Source of the DNA: Phycisphaeraceae bacterium
GTDB lineage: Bacteria > Planctomycetota > Phycisphaerae > Phycisphaerales > Zrk34
NCBI GenBank assembly: GCA_040905565.1
Contig: JBBDRF010000003.1
Span: 42,102 to 63,331 of the forward strand
Length of the DNA stretch: 21,230 nt
Reading direction: 5' to 3'
Shown here: positions 1-8,132 of the stretch, piece after piece
How positions within the stretch are numbered: the stretch's first letter is position 1
Layout: every line of letters starts with the position of its first letter
Notes under the pieces: model-generated
Told to the model about the DNA's origin: nothing
What the model saw: the letters and a program-made list of their open reading frames with translations, nothing else
The model's database searches: none
Made by a program: the position numbers and the translations under genes

Positions 1-845
1 TTTTGGGGGGTGGGTGGCGGGGTGAGGATGCCTTGGGTGGTCAGGAAGTTTGTGATGTCTTGCCAGTAGGCGGCGGTGGTGATGGGCATGTCGTTGTGGC
101 CGGCGTCGTAGTTGATCAGGGTGGCGTTGGGGGCGAGCGCGTGCAGGGTTTCGCTGTGGTGGTAGGCGATGATGGTGTCGCGGCGGCCGTGCTGGAGGAG
201 GAGGGGGCGATCGAGTTTTTCGAGGACGGCGGCGTTGTCGAAGGGATCGAGCACGAAAGGCCGGGGGATGCCGTAGCCTGCCATGATGTCGGCGACGCTG
301 GTGAAGGGGCTCTGCAGTATCATCGCAGCGGGCGGTCGGCGGTCGGCCAGTGCGGTCGCCACGCCGGTGCCGACGGACCGGCCGAGGAGCACGATGCGGC
401 CCTGGTCGATGTCTTCGCGGGCGGTCAGGCGATCGTGGAAGGCAGTGAGATCGTCGACGATGGCAGCCTGTGATGGCTTGCCTGCGGAGCGGCCGTAGCC
501 TCGGTATTCGGGGAGGAGGACGCTGATGCCCAGCCGGCGAAACGGGGCGACCTGTTCGGGGAGGTAGTCAATGACCTCGGCGTTGCCGTGCGAGAGGACG
601 ATGGCGGGGCCGGGCGATTCGGCGGTCGCGCCATCACCGGGGAGGAACCACGCTTCGACGGGCCCGGCTTCGGTTTCGAGCCACCACTGCTCGCCCTCGA
701 TCTCCGCGAGTCGCTGTTGCACGTGTTCGTTGGAATCGACGGGGCCGATGACGTGGCGTGGGAATAGCAGCGAGCGTTGGAGGCCGCAGCCGGCGAGCAG
801 GTAGAGCGGGTAGAGCAGCAGGAGGGTGAGCAGCAGCGTGGCCAT
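1..845 (-). CDS. Alpha/beta hydrolase (ABHD17/Bem46-like) with N-terminal membrane anchor; 3' end runs off the window
   Basis: Not in the ORF track because there is no stop in the window. Manual translation: MATLLLTLLLLYPLYLLAGCGLQRSLLFPRH...SHGNAE...PEYRGYGRSAGKPSQ...LLGRSVGTG (nucleophile elbow)...LQSPFTSV...LQHGRRDTII (Asp)...AGHND (His). GGAGG lies 6 nt before ATG 845; an alternative in-frame ATG is at 899. Confidence 0.88.
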   Translation of the reverse strand, partial: MATLLLTLLLLYPLYLLAGCGLQRSLLFPRHVIGPVDSNEHVQQRLAEIEGEQWWLETEAGPVEAWFLPGDGATAESPGPAIVLSHGNAEVIDYLPEQVAPFRRLGISVLLPEYRGYGRSAGKPSQAAIVDDLTAFHDRLTAREDIDQGRIVLLGRSVGTGVATALADRRPPAAMILQSPFTSVADIMAGYGIPRPFVLDPFDNAAVLEKLDRPLLLQHGRRDTIIAYHHSETLHALAPNATLINYDAGHNDMPITTAAYWQDITNFLTTQGILTPPPTPQ

Positions 846-940
846 GCGTCGCCTCCGCGAACGGGCGTTGGGGGAACGGACTGAGGTGGTCGTTTCCATA
901 CCGGCTTGATTGTAGGTGTTTGGGGGGGCGGGTGTCGGGC

Positions 941-1822
941 TCAGAAGTGGCGGCCCCAGAGGGTGTGGAGGCGGTCGATCTCGTCGGGGGAGATCGCTTT
1001 GCGGTCGGTCCAGATCGCCTGCTTGAGCGCTTCATGGGCGGGGCAGGGCTGCTGAAGGCCGGCGGTGTCGGTGAGGGCCGCTTTGATCAGGCGGATGGCG
1101 TTGGCGGTGGCGTCCTGCAGGTTGCCGATGATTTCCGTGAGCAGGGCGTGGGGGTCGGATGTGTCGTGCGGCCGCCAACAGTCGTAATCGGTAGGCAGGG
1201 CGAGCAGGGCGTAGGGCAGTTCCGCTTCACGGGCGAGTTTGGCTTCGGGCATGGCGGTCATGCCGATGAGGTCGCCTCCCCAGGCGCGGTGCATTTCGGA
1301 CTCGGCGCGGGTGGAGAAGGCGGGGCCTTCCATGCAGACGTACGTGCCGCCGTCGTGCACTTTGGGCGCCTGCTTGCCGAGCGTGAAGGCGGCATCGAGG
1401 AGCCACTGCCTCATGATCGGACAGAACGGCTCAGCGAATTCGACGTGAACGGCGGCATGCTCATAAAAGGTGTTCGCACGTGTCCACGTTTTGTCGATCA
1501 CCTGGTCGGCGACGACGAGATCGCGCGGGCGGATGTGTTCCTGGAGCGAGCCTGTCGCGCCACTGGCGAGGACGTGGGTGCAGCCGAGCGCTTTGAGGGC
1601 GTAGAGGTTGGCGCGGTAGGGGATCTGCGAGGGGCTGAAGCGATGGCCGAGGCCGTGACGCTGGAGGATGGCGACGTCGACGCCTTCCCACTGAGTCAGC
1701 GTGATGGGGGCACTGGGGCGGCCGAAGGGCGTTTCCATCTCGTGATCTTCGCCTGATTCCGCAGCGAGCGCCTCGCCGAGCCCGGAGCCGCCGATGAGGC
1801 CAATGCGTAGGGGGTTCGCCAT
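941..1822 (-). CDS. mtnP: S-methyl-5'-thioadenosine phosphorylase (MTAP family)
   Basis: IGLIGGSG, ETPFGRPS, RHGLGH, YRANLYALK, YVCMEGPAFSTRAES, GMTAMPEAKLAREAE and TDYDCW motifs of the MTAP family. Confidence 0.95.
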   Translation of the reverse strand: MANPLRIGLIGGSGLGEALAAESGEDHEMETPFGRPSAPITLTQWEGVDVAILQRHGLGHRFSPSQIPYRANLYALKALGCTHVLASGATGSLQEHIRPRDLVVADQVIDKTWTRANTFYEHAAVHVEFAEPFCPIMRQWLLDAAFTLGKQAPKVHDGGTYVCMEGPAFSTRAESEMHRAWGGDLIGMTAMPEAKLAREAELPYALLALPTDYDCWRPHDTSDPHALLTEIIGNLQDATANAIRLIKAALTDTAGLQQPCPAHEALKQAIWTDRKAISPDEIDRLHTLWGRHF

Positions 1823-2005
1823 GTGCGTACCTTCCGTGAAGGGGATCAGATAAATCGAGCGTCAATGGTAAACGATCAACGCGACTCCGTCGTCTCGAAC
1901 GAGCCGCGACCGTGAAGGAGTGGTCGGCTCGACGCCAAGGTGATGATGGAAGGTTCGCATCGCCAACAATTCGCTGGCTCGGGGGCACCCGCTGTACGTC
2001 AGACG

Positions 2006-2032
2006 CACTGATGGGCAAGCCACCAGTGGCAC
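2006..2032. repeat. REP-like intergenic palindrome
   Basis: CACTGATGG-GCAAG-CCACCAGTG followed by GCAC; 9-bp stem with one mismatch, between lspA and mtnP. Confidence 0.4.
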
Positions 2033-2053
2033 GCGCCGCGAGCCGCGCCGGTG

Positions 2054-2689
2054 TCAGGGCGTGTCGCTTTTGGCCTCTTGCTTCTGCTGGCGTGCGCGCT
2101 GGATGTCGGTTGTGATCGAGCGGATCAGGACCACAAAGATGCCGATGAGCAGGTACGCGTCGGCGAGGTTGAAAAGCCAGGGGTAGAGGTACGGCGAGCC
2201 GCCGGGCCAGGTCCAGCCAAAGGGCAGCTCAAGGTTGGGGAAGAGCCAGAGCATGTCGCGGACGACGCTGTAGACGATGCGGTCGTAGAGGTTGCCGAGC
2301 GCCCCGGCGAGGATGCCCGCGAGTGCGATGTGGACAATACGCTCACGGCGATCGGACGTATAGAAGAAGTAGCTGACGATCGCCACGGCGACGAAGGTGG
2401 CGACGATAAACATCCAGCGGTAGCCGGCCCAGAGGCCGAAGACCGCGCCGGGGTTGAGCGTGAGTTTGAACCCGAGCAGGTAGGGGATGACGATGCGGGT
2501 ATCGTCCGGCAGGGGTTGCTGGCCTTCGAGGACGGCGGGGATATCGACCGGCTGCGGGCCGAGGTAGGCGAAGGCGAGGTACTTGACGATCAGATCGAGC
2601 GCGAGCAGCCCGACGAGTACGCCGAGGAACAGCCCGATCGCCCGGGTTGATCGACCCGCCGGCTGTAGTGTGGGCTGGGGGTGTGACAT
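2054..2689 (-). CDS. lspA: Lipoprotein signal peptidase II
   Basis: LDLIVK, LNPGAVFG, GALGNLYDR, VRD and FNLAD motifs; four hydrophobic segments. Confidence 0.95.
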   Translation of the reverse strand: MSHPQPTLQPAGRSTRAIGLFLGVLVGLLALDLIVKYLAFAYLGPQPVDIPAVLEGQQPLPDDTRIVIPYLLGFKLTLNPGAVFGLWAGYRWMFIVATFVAVAIVSYFFYTSDRRERIVHIALAGILAGALGNLYDRIVYSVVRDMLWLFPNLELPFGWTWPGGSPYLYPWLFNLADAYLLIGIFVVLIRSITTDIQRARQQKQEAKSDTP

Positions 2690-2742
2690 GAGCGAAAGGC
2701 AGCTTGCGTTTGGGCTGGCGAGATGGCCGTGATGGTGGGGGG

Positions 2743-3330
2743 TTAGCGGCGGTTGGGGTGGGTGCGTTCCATCTCGCGTGCGACTTCGATGGTGTACTTG
2801 GCCCAGGGCTTGGCGTCGAGGCGGGCTTTGTTGATGGGGACGCCTGACTCTTCGCAGACGCCGTACGTGCCTTCCTGGATGCGGTAGAGCGCTTCTTCGA
2901 TCTCGTTGAGAAGACGCCGTTCCGACTCGACGAGCCCGAGCGTGAGTTCCTGCTCGTACTGATCGGAGCCGACGTCAGCCATGTGGATCGGCATGTGCGA
3001 GAGGTTGGCTGAGTCGTGATTGAGCAGCGCCTCGGCTTGCATGGAATCCATGTCGCCCCGGATCTCAGCGCGCTTGATCAGCAGCATGGCGCGATACTTC
3101 TGGATCTCGCGCTTGGTGAGGCCGCTCTTGACGGGTTTGGTTTTGGTTTTGGATTCGGCCTGGCCGTCGGCGGTGGCGGGTGAAGCGGCCTTTTTGGTGG
3201 TCTTTGCGGTCGTCGCGGTCTTAGAAGCGGTCGCCTTCTTGGCGGTTTTTTTCTTGGTGACTTTTTTCTTGGTCGTCTTCTTGGAGGAAGACGGACTGGT
3301 TGCCGATGCTTTACTCGTTTTCTTCGCCAC
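2743..3330 (-). CDS. dksA: DksA/TraR family transcription factor, single-Cys type, with Lys/Thr/Ala-rich N-terminal extension
   Basis: Coiled-coil tip PIHMADVGSD, then EIEEALYRIQEGTYGVCEESGVPINKARLDAKPWA. Start placed at GTG 3330, which follows GGAGG; the ORF track starts at TTG 3393. Confidence 0.9.
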   Translation of the reverse strand: MAKKTSKASATSPSSSKKTTKKKVTKKKTAKKATASKTATTAKTTKKAASPATADGQAESKTKTKPVKSGLTKREIQKYRAMLLIKRAEIRGDMDSMQAEALLNHDSANLSHMPIHMADVGSDQYEQELTLGLVESERRLLNEIEEALYRIQEGTYGVCEESGVPINKARLDAKPWAKYTIEVAREMERTHPNRR

Positions 3331-3405
3331 GGCGCCTCCGGCAGCAGGTGGTGACGTGCTCTGGGCCGACGGGCCTGAGCACTTTGCCCCCAAAATAGAC
3401 CCGCC

Positions 3406-3434
3406 ATATTAGCGGTCGAACTGGGGTGCGTCAA
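3406..3434 (-). promoter_or_regulatory. sigma70-type promoter of dksA-lspA
   Basis: Minus strand TTGACG (3434-3429), 17-nt spacer, TAATAT (3411-3406), followed by GC-rich GGCGGG. Confidence 0.65.
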
Positions 3435-3522
3435 TGTCGATCGGGGGGCGACAGTGCGTGCGCTTCAAGTGCAGAGCTTGGGGGGATCTGTAGCAGTAGG
3501 ACGTGTGTTATTGGCCATTTAC

Positions 3523-3548
3523 AACCCACGGCGTTACGCCGCGGGCTT
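3523..3548. repeat. REP-like intergenic hairpin
   Basis: CCCACGGCG-TTA-CGCCGCGGG; 9-bp stem with one mismatch. Confidence 0.35.
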
Positions 3549-3575
3549 CGGGTGGCGTTGGTGGTGAGGGCATTG

Positions 3576-3609
3576 AAAAGGGCGTGCCGCGTATGATGCG
3601 GCGACGCCC
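3576..3609 (-). terminator. Rho-independent terminator of the BON-to-yciF operon
   Basis: Minus strand GGGCGT-C-GCCGCAT...ACGCGGC-ACGCCC followed by TTTT, about 40 nt after the yciF stop. Confidence 0.7.
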
Positions 3610-3648
3610 CTGCTGCGGTTGCGAATGGTTTCGCCAGGACGAAACCGG

Positions 3649-4143
3649 TCAGGCCGGTTGCGCGTGGCGGTTGATGATTTCCGCAAGCTCGGTCAGTTTT
3701 TCATCGGCAGCCTTCTCCTCGGCGAGGTTCTGCTTGAGCAGGTCGCCTTGCTCGCGGAATCCGAGCATGTCGGCCCACTTGCAGATGGTGCCGTAGGAAG
3801 CGATCTCGTAGTGCTCGATCTTCTGCGCCGACGCGATGATGATGGCGTCGTTCACATCGGGCGAGCCCTTCTCCTGCATCATCTCCTGGCCTTCCTCGAC
3901 GAGCCCGAGCATGCCTTCGCACTTGCGGCCTCTCGCGGTGCGGTCGAGTGAATGGAACACGGCTTCCAGGCGCTTGACCTGTTGCTGCGTCTCGTCCAGG
4001 TGTTCCTGCAGAAGCTCTTTAAGCTGCGGGTCGTGGGCGGCCCGCGCCATCTTCGGCATCGCTTTGAGCAGCTGTTTTTCAGCGTGAAAGATATCCTTCA
4101 GCTCTTCGACGAATGCGTCTTCCAGATTTCTCAGGGTAGCCAT
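3649..4143 (-). CDS. yciF: Ferritin-like stress protein, YciE/YciF (DUF892) family
   Basis: LEDAFVEELKDIFHAEKQLLKAMPKMA, HLDETQQQVKRLE, CEGMLGLVEEG, AQKIEHYEIASYGT, EEKAADEKLTELA. Start trimmed to ATG 4143 after GGAGAG. Confidence 0.93.
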   Translation of the reverse strand: MATLRNLEDAFVEELKDIFHAEKQLLKAMPKMARAAHDPQLKELLQEHLDETQQQVKRLEAVFHSLDRTARGRKCEGMLGLVEEGQEMMQEKGSPDVNDAIIIASAQKIEHYEIASYGTICKWADMLGFREQGDLLKQNLAEEKAADEKLTELAEIINRHAQPA

Positions 4144-4169
4144 CTCTTTCTCTCCAGCAGAGGGTGGTT

Positions 4170-5705
4170 TCACGGAACGGAACGAACTCGGGTTTGCTCC
4201 TGTGCGCGGGTGCCGGCGAGCGGTTCGCGCGGCGGGCCGTTGAGGACGCGGCCGAACGGGTCGTAGCGCCCGCCGTGACAGGGGCAATCCCAGGTGCTTT
4301 CCGCGTTGTTCCAATGCACGATGCAGCCTGCGTGGGTGCAGGTGGCTGAGTGGGCGTGGACTTTGCCGACTTCGTCACGATAAACGGCGAGGCGACGGCC
4401 TCGGATAAGCATGATGCGACCCTGCCCTGGGGGGATATCGTCGACGAGTTCGACCTCGCCCGGGCCGACGCGGTCGCCGACGAGATGCTCGGCGATGTGC
4501 GCCAGTTCCGTGGCCATGCGGCTGAACGAATTGCGAGGCTGAAACCGCGACGGACTCAGCAACTGCTCGCAGCGATGCGTGTTGCCGACGGCGAGTTCGC
4601 TGAGCATGATGCCGGCGAAGGTGCCCCACGTGAGGCCGGTGCCTGAGTAGCCGGTGCCGATGTACAGGCGCGGCTGGCTCGGTACGCGGCCGATGAATGG
4701 GAGGGTGTCGGCGGTCTCGTAGTACTCGCTTGACCAGCGATGCGTGATGGCCACCACGTCGTACCGCTGAAGGATGTAACGCTCGAGGTCGGCGTAGGCC
4801 TGGTCGCCGTGCTGGTCGCCGGTGTGATGGTCGGCCCCGCCGATGATGAGCGTCGTCGGATCGTTCGTGTCGGCAAGGCGCGTGTAGTGGTAGGGATCGG
4901 CGTTGTCCCAGAACAGCGCGTCGGGAACCGGGTCGGCCACCTTCACGGCCATCGCGTAGGACTGGTACGGATAGACGCGACTTTGCAGTGAGAAGAATCC
5001 GGTCCACGGCAGGTGCGTGGCGAGGATCACTTCATGTGCGGTGATGACGGCACCGTCGGCGGTGCGGATGCGCGAACTGCTGCCATCGGGTTGTACGTCG
5101 ATGGCGCGCACGTTTTCGTAGATCTTGCCGCCTGCTTCGGTGAAGGTGCGGGCGAGATTACAGAGGTACTTCAGCGGCGAGAAACGTGCCTGGTTGCCCA
5201 GGCGCATCCCCGGCCCTGTCCGAAAAGGCAGCGGAACCGTTTCGGTCACGCTGGCCTCGAGCCCGAGTTTGCGAGCCAGCTCGGCTTCAATGCCGAACCA
5301 GTCGCGGGCTTCGTCACGTTCGGTGTACCAGTAGGCGGGAAGGCGCTCGAAGTCGGCGTCGAGCTTGAGCGCATTCTCCCAACTGGCGATGTGCTCGATC
5401 GCCTCGCGCCGGGCATCGACAACCTTGCGTGCGTTGTCGATGCCGATGCGGGCGACGAGGTCTTGAAAGGAATGGTCGTTGTGGGCATCGAGATGACCGG
5501 TGCTGTGGCCTGTCGTGCCGGCTCCGACACGATGAGCTTCGAGCACGGTCACGCTTCGACCCGCACGGAGCAGCCGCATCGCAGCGGTCAGCCCCGTGAT
5601 CCCGGCCCCAACGACCACGACGTCGGCGCGGGCCTCACCGACGAGCGGCTCCTGGTGACGGCACGCGGCGTGCTCGGCCCAATAAGGCGGATGCTTGCTG
5701 AGCAT
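4170..5705 (-). CDS. FAD-dependent oxidoreductase (DAO family) with C-terminal Rieske [2Fe-2S] domain, YhfW-like
   Basis: VVVVGAGITG Rossmann motif, GTTGHSTGHL, GYSGTGLTWGT, Rieske CTHAGC and WDCPCHGGRY. Start at ATG 5705 or 5714. Confidence 0.92.
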   Translation of the reverse strand: MLSKHPPYWAEHAACRHQEPLVGEARADVVVVGAGITGLTAAMRLLRAGRSVTVLEAHRVGAGTTGHSTGHLDAHNDHSFQDLVARIGIDNARKVVDARREAIEHIASWENALKLDADFERLPAYWYTERDEARDWFGIEAELARKLGLEASVTETVPLPFRTGPGMRLGNQARFSPLKYLCNLARTFTEAGGKIYENVRAIDVQPDGSSSRIRTADGAVITAHEVILATHLPWTGFFSLQSRVYPYQSYAMAVKVADPVPDALFWDNADPYHYTRLADTNDPTTLIIGGADHHTGDQHGDQAYADLERYILQRYDVVAITHRWSSEYYETADTLPFIGRVPSQPRLYIGTGYSGTGLTWGTFAGIMLSELAVGNTHRCEQLLSPSRFQPRNSFSRMATELAHIAEHLVGDRVGPGEVELVDDIPPGQGRIMLIRGRRLAVYRDEVGKVHAHSATCTHAGCIVHWNNAESTWDCPCHGGRYDPFGRVLNGPPREPLAGTRAQEQTRVRSVP

Positions 5706-5745
5706 GTGAACCATCCTTTTCTGGTTCGTGCCGTCGGGTAAGCGG

Positions 5746-6138
5746 TTAATCGGTCGGGATACGCTGGACCTCGATGGTGGTCGACGCACTGCGAGCGAGC
5801 CGGCCGTCGAGGATCAGGTTGCTCTGCACGACGTACGTGCCCGGCTCATCGAAGTAGACGCGTGCGGTGCGGCCGTTGTCTTCGGTGAACAGTTCGCCAC
5901 CGCTGGCATCCCATTCAAGCTGGGTGTCGCGGCCGAGCGTTCCTTCGGAATAGGCGAGAATCGTGACGTTCTCACCGACCAGGACCGTGCTGCGGCTGGG
6001 CTCGATGTCGAACATCAGCTCTCGCGCTGAGACGCCGCTGCCCCTTCCCTCGCAGGCTCCGAGCGCGAGCCCCAAGCCGAGCAAGACCGTAAAAAGCGTC
6101 CCCTGAAACCACCGACTTTGACGTAGCGCAATCATCAT
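5746..6138 (-). CDS. Small lipoprotein with probable Ig/PKD-like beta-sandwich
   Basis: Signal peptide with lipobox LGAC; VLVGENVTI...LEW...FDEPGTYVV pattern; AAGGAGAGGG SD upstream. Confidence 0.75.
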   Translation of the reverse strand: MMIALRQSRWFQGTLFTVLLGLGLALGACEGRGSGVSARELMFDIEPSRSTVLVGENVTILAYSEGTLGRDTQLEWDASGGELFTEDNGRTARVYFDEPGTYVVQSNLILDGRLARSASTTIEVQRIPTD

Positions 6139-6177
6139 CCCTCTCCTTTTGTGCGGGTGTTTACGTGCAACAGTGAT

Positions 6178-6672
6178 TTACGGCTGCTGCTGTTCTGGCT
6201 GATCGCCGGGCTGCTGCTGACCAGGCTGCTGCTGAGCCTGATCGCTGACCTGAAGTTCGTTCTGCACGTTGTCAGGCCCGACGACGTCGGCCGCGATCTG
6301 CTCGATCTGCTGGCTTTCCTGTTCGGACTGGACGTTGCCGCTGAGCGTGACTTCGCCCTGATCAACGCTGACGGTGATCTGGCGACCGTTGGGCTCAAGC
6401 TGCGCTTCCTGCTCGATGCGGTCCCGAACTTCCTGGGCAAGCTGCTGGTCCTCACGCTCGCGGCCGAGCGGCTCCTGCCCAGGCTGCTGCTCCTGGCCGG
6501 GCTCGGTCTGCTCTTGTCCCGGCTGCGGCTGCTGCTGCTCGTCAGGCATCGGCTGCCCGGGTTCAGTGGGTTCGGGTGTGGGCCTCGGCGAGGTCTGCTC
6601 ATCCGTCGGCTCGCACCCGCTGATGCCCAGCAGGCCGATCACGCCCGCGAGCGTCAGTGCAATCATCTTCAT
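6178..6672 (-). CDS. BON (OsmY-like) domain lipoprotein with Gln/Pro-rich low-complexity flanks
   Basis: Lipobox ISGC; DQQLAQEVRDRI...ITVSVDQGEVTLSGNV...VVGPDNVQNELQV is a single BON domain; AGGAGG SD before GTG 6675 / ATG 6672. Confidence 0.88.
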   Translation of the reverse strand: MKMIALTLAGVIGLLGISGCEPTDEQTSPRPTPEPTEPGQPMPDEQQQPQPGQEQTEPGQEQQPGQEPLGREREDQQLAQEVRDRIEQEAQLEPNGRQITVSVDQGEVTLSGNVQSEQESQQIEQIAADVVGPDNVQNELQVSDQAQQQPGQQQPGDQPEQQQP

Positions 6673-6763
6673 CACGGCTCCTCCTTCTTCGGGTCTGAGT
6701 TGGCGAACGCCTCGCGATCGGCGGCTTTGTAAGCTCTTGTCGCGGGACGATCGGGACACGAGG

Positions 6764-6780
6764 GTTGTGTATTTCACAAC
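6764..6780. promoter_or_regulatory. Inverted repeat, candidate operator in the divergent BON/ligD promoter region
   Basis: GTTGTG-TATTT-CACAAC, perfect 6-bp arms. Confidence 0.35.
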
Positions 6781-6846
6781 GCACCGGTGATCGTAAACCG
6801 GCGCGAGGCAGCGACCACATCGGGGGCCAGCCACATTTCGCCTCGG

Positions 6847-6872
6847 GGTTTCGGCCGGGCGGGCGTGGGTAA
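6847..6872 (+). promoter_or_regulatory. SigB/SigF-like general-stress promoter motif upstream of the NHEJ operon
   Basis: GGTTT (6847-6851), 15-nt spacer, GGGTAA (6867-6872), about 105 nt upstream of the ligase ATG. Confidence 0.4.
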
Positions 6873-6978
6873 AAGTACGGCCCAGTAAGGTGACCGTTGT
6901 CCCAACGTTGACGACGTGGCAAAAGTACTTCTAAGGTGCTGATAGCTCGCCACGGCGAGCTGTGGGGGAGAAGGTGCG

Positions 6979-8094
6979 ATGGGCCGCAGTCACATCGAGC
7001 AAGCCGAGGCAGGCCGGGCAAAACAGAACACGCCCTGGCCCCCGGTGACGCTTGCGCCGATGTTGGCGACGCTGGCGGCGAAGCTGCCGGCCGACGACGG
7101 GCAGTGGGGCTATGAGTTCAAGTGGGACGGCATCCGCGTGCTCGGCGTGTGGGACGGGAAGGCACTTCGGCTGATCTCCCGCAACGGGCTGAACCTCACC
7201 GATCAATACCCCGAGGTCAGCGGCAACGGCAGCGGCGAGTTGGCCGGCGGGGGGTTGGGCAGCGCGATCGGAACGGGGCAGCGGGTCGTGCTTGATGGCG
7301 AGCTGATCGCGCCCGATGAGCAGGGCCGACCCAGCTTTCAGCGTTTGCAGCGCCGGTTGAACGTGAGGCCCGGTCGGGCGGCGAGCGAGCGGCTGCGGGC
7401 GGCGGTGCCGGTGGCGTATCTGCTGTTCGATCTCCTGTGCGTGGATGATGAGCCGCTGGTCGGGCGGCCGTACCTCGAACGCCGTGAACGTTTGGAAACG
7501 CTGCAACTGGAGGGCGAGAACTGGCGGACGCCGACCGGGCAGATCGGCGGAGGCAGGCGGATGCTCGCCGCGGCTGAGCGGGTGGGGCTCGAAGGGGTGG
7601 TCGCCAAGCGGGTGGACAGCGTCTATCAGCCCGGCGTGCGGTCACGTGATTGGCTCAAGGTCAAAGTGCGAAGGCAGCAGGAACTGGTCGTCGTCGGCTG
7701 GACCGAAATGCGAGGCTCACCCGGCCGACTTGGCTCACTGCTCGTCGGCTATCACAAATCGAGCACGCTTTCGGAGACTCACGAAGCCTCTGCGCCATCC
7801 GGAACAACAGTCGGGCAAAGGTGGGGGGGGTGGCGGTTGGCGGGGCAGGTGGGCAGTGGGTTGAGTGAGGACGATCGGCAGATGCTTGCGTCGGTGCTGA
7901 AGCAGATCGAACGGCCGAACACCGTCGTCACCGATCCACTCCCGGTGCGGGCGGAGAAGGTGCATCACGTGGAGCCGGTGCTCGTGGTCGAAGTCAGCTT
8001 CATGGAATGGACGCACAGCGGCGGCCTGCGCCATCCGGTGTTTCGGGGCATCCGAACGGACAAGAATCCACGAGAAGTCGTGCGCGAATACTGA
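6979..8094 (+). CDS. ligD: ATP-dependent DNA ligase, stand-alone LigD ligase domain
   Basis: Motif I YEFKWDGIR, III LDGELI, IIIa LFDLL, IV EGVVAK, V WLKVK, and OB-domain LRHPVFRGIRTDK. No Pol or PE domain fused. Confidence 0.93.
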   Translation: MGRSHIEQAEAGRAKQNTPWPPVTLAPMLATLAAKLPADDGQWGYEFKWDGIRVLGVWDGKALRLISRNGLNLTDQYPEVSGNGSGELAGGGLGSAIGTGQRVVLDGELIAPDEQGRPSFQRLQRRLNVRPGRAASERLRAAVPVAYLLFDLLCVDDEPLVGRPYLERRERLETLQLEGENWRTPTGQIGGGRRMLAAAERVGLEGVVAKRVDSVYQPGVRSRDWLKVKVRRQQELVVVGWTEMRGSPGRLGSLLVGYHKSSTLSETHEASAPSGTTVGQRWGGWRLAGQVGSGLSEDDRQMLASVLKQIERPNTVVTDPLPVRAEKVHHVEPVLVVEVSFMEWTHSGGLRHPVFRGIRTDKNPREVVREY

Positions 8095-8132
8095 GGCAAA
8101 TCAACCGGCGAAACGGGATAAAGGAGAGCAAT

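Noticed and set aside
3..1756. Long plus-strand ORFs (3-473, 920-1756) and similar antisense ORFs across the window
   Set aside because: Shadow frames of well-supported opposite-strand genes, typical of high-GC DNA; no recognisable motifs.
6764..6780. CRP/FNR site interpretation of the palindrome
   Set aside because: TGTGT-N3-TCACA spacing does not fit TGTGA-N6-TCACA.
6917..6932. sigma54 promoter TGGCAAAAGTACTTCT before the ligase
   Set aside because: The -12 GC is absent (TC at that position).
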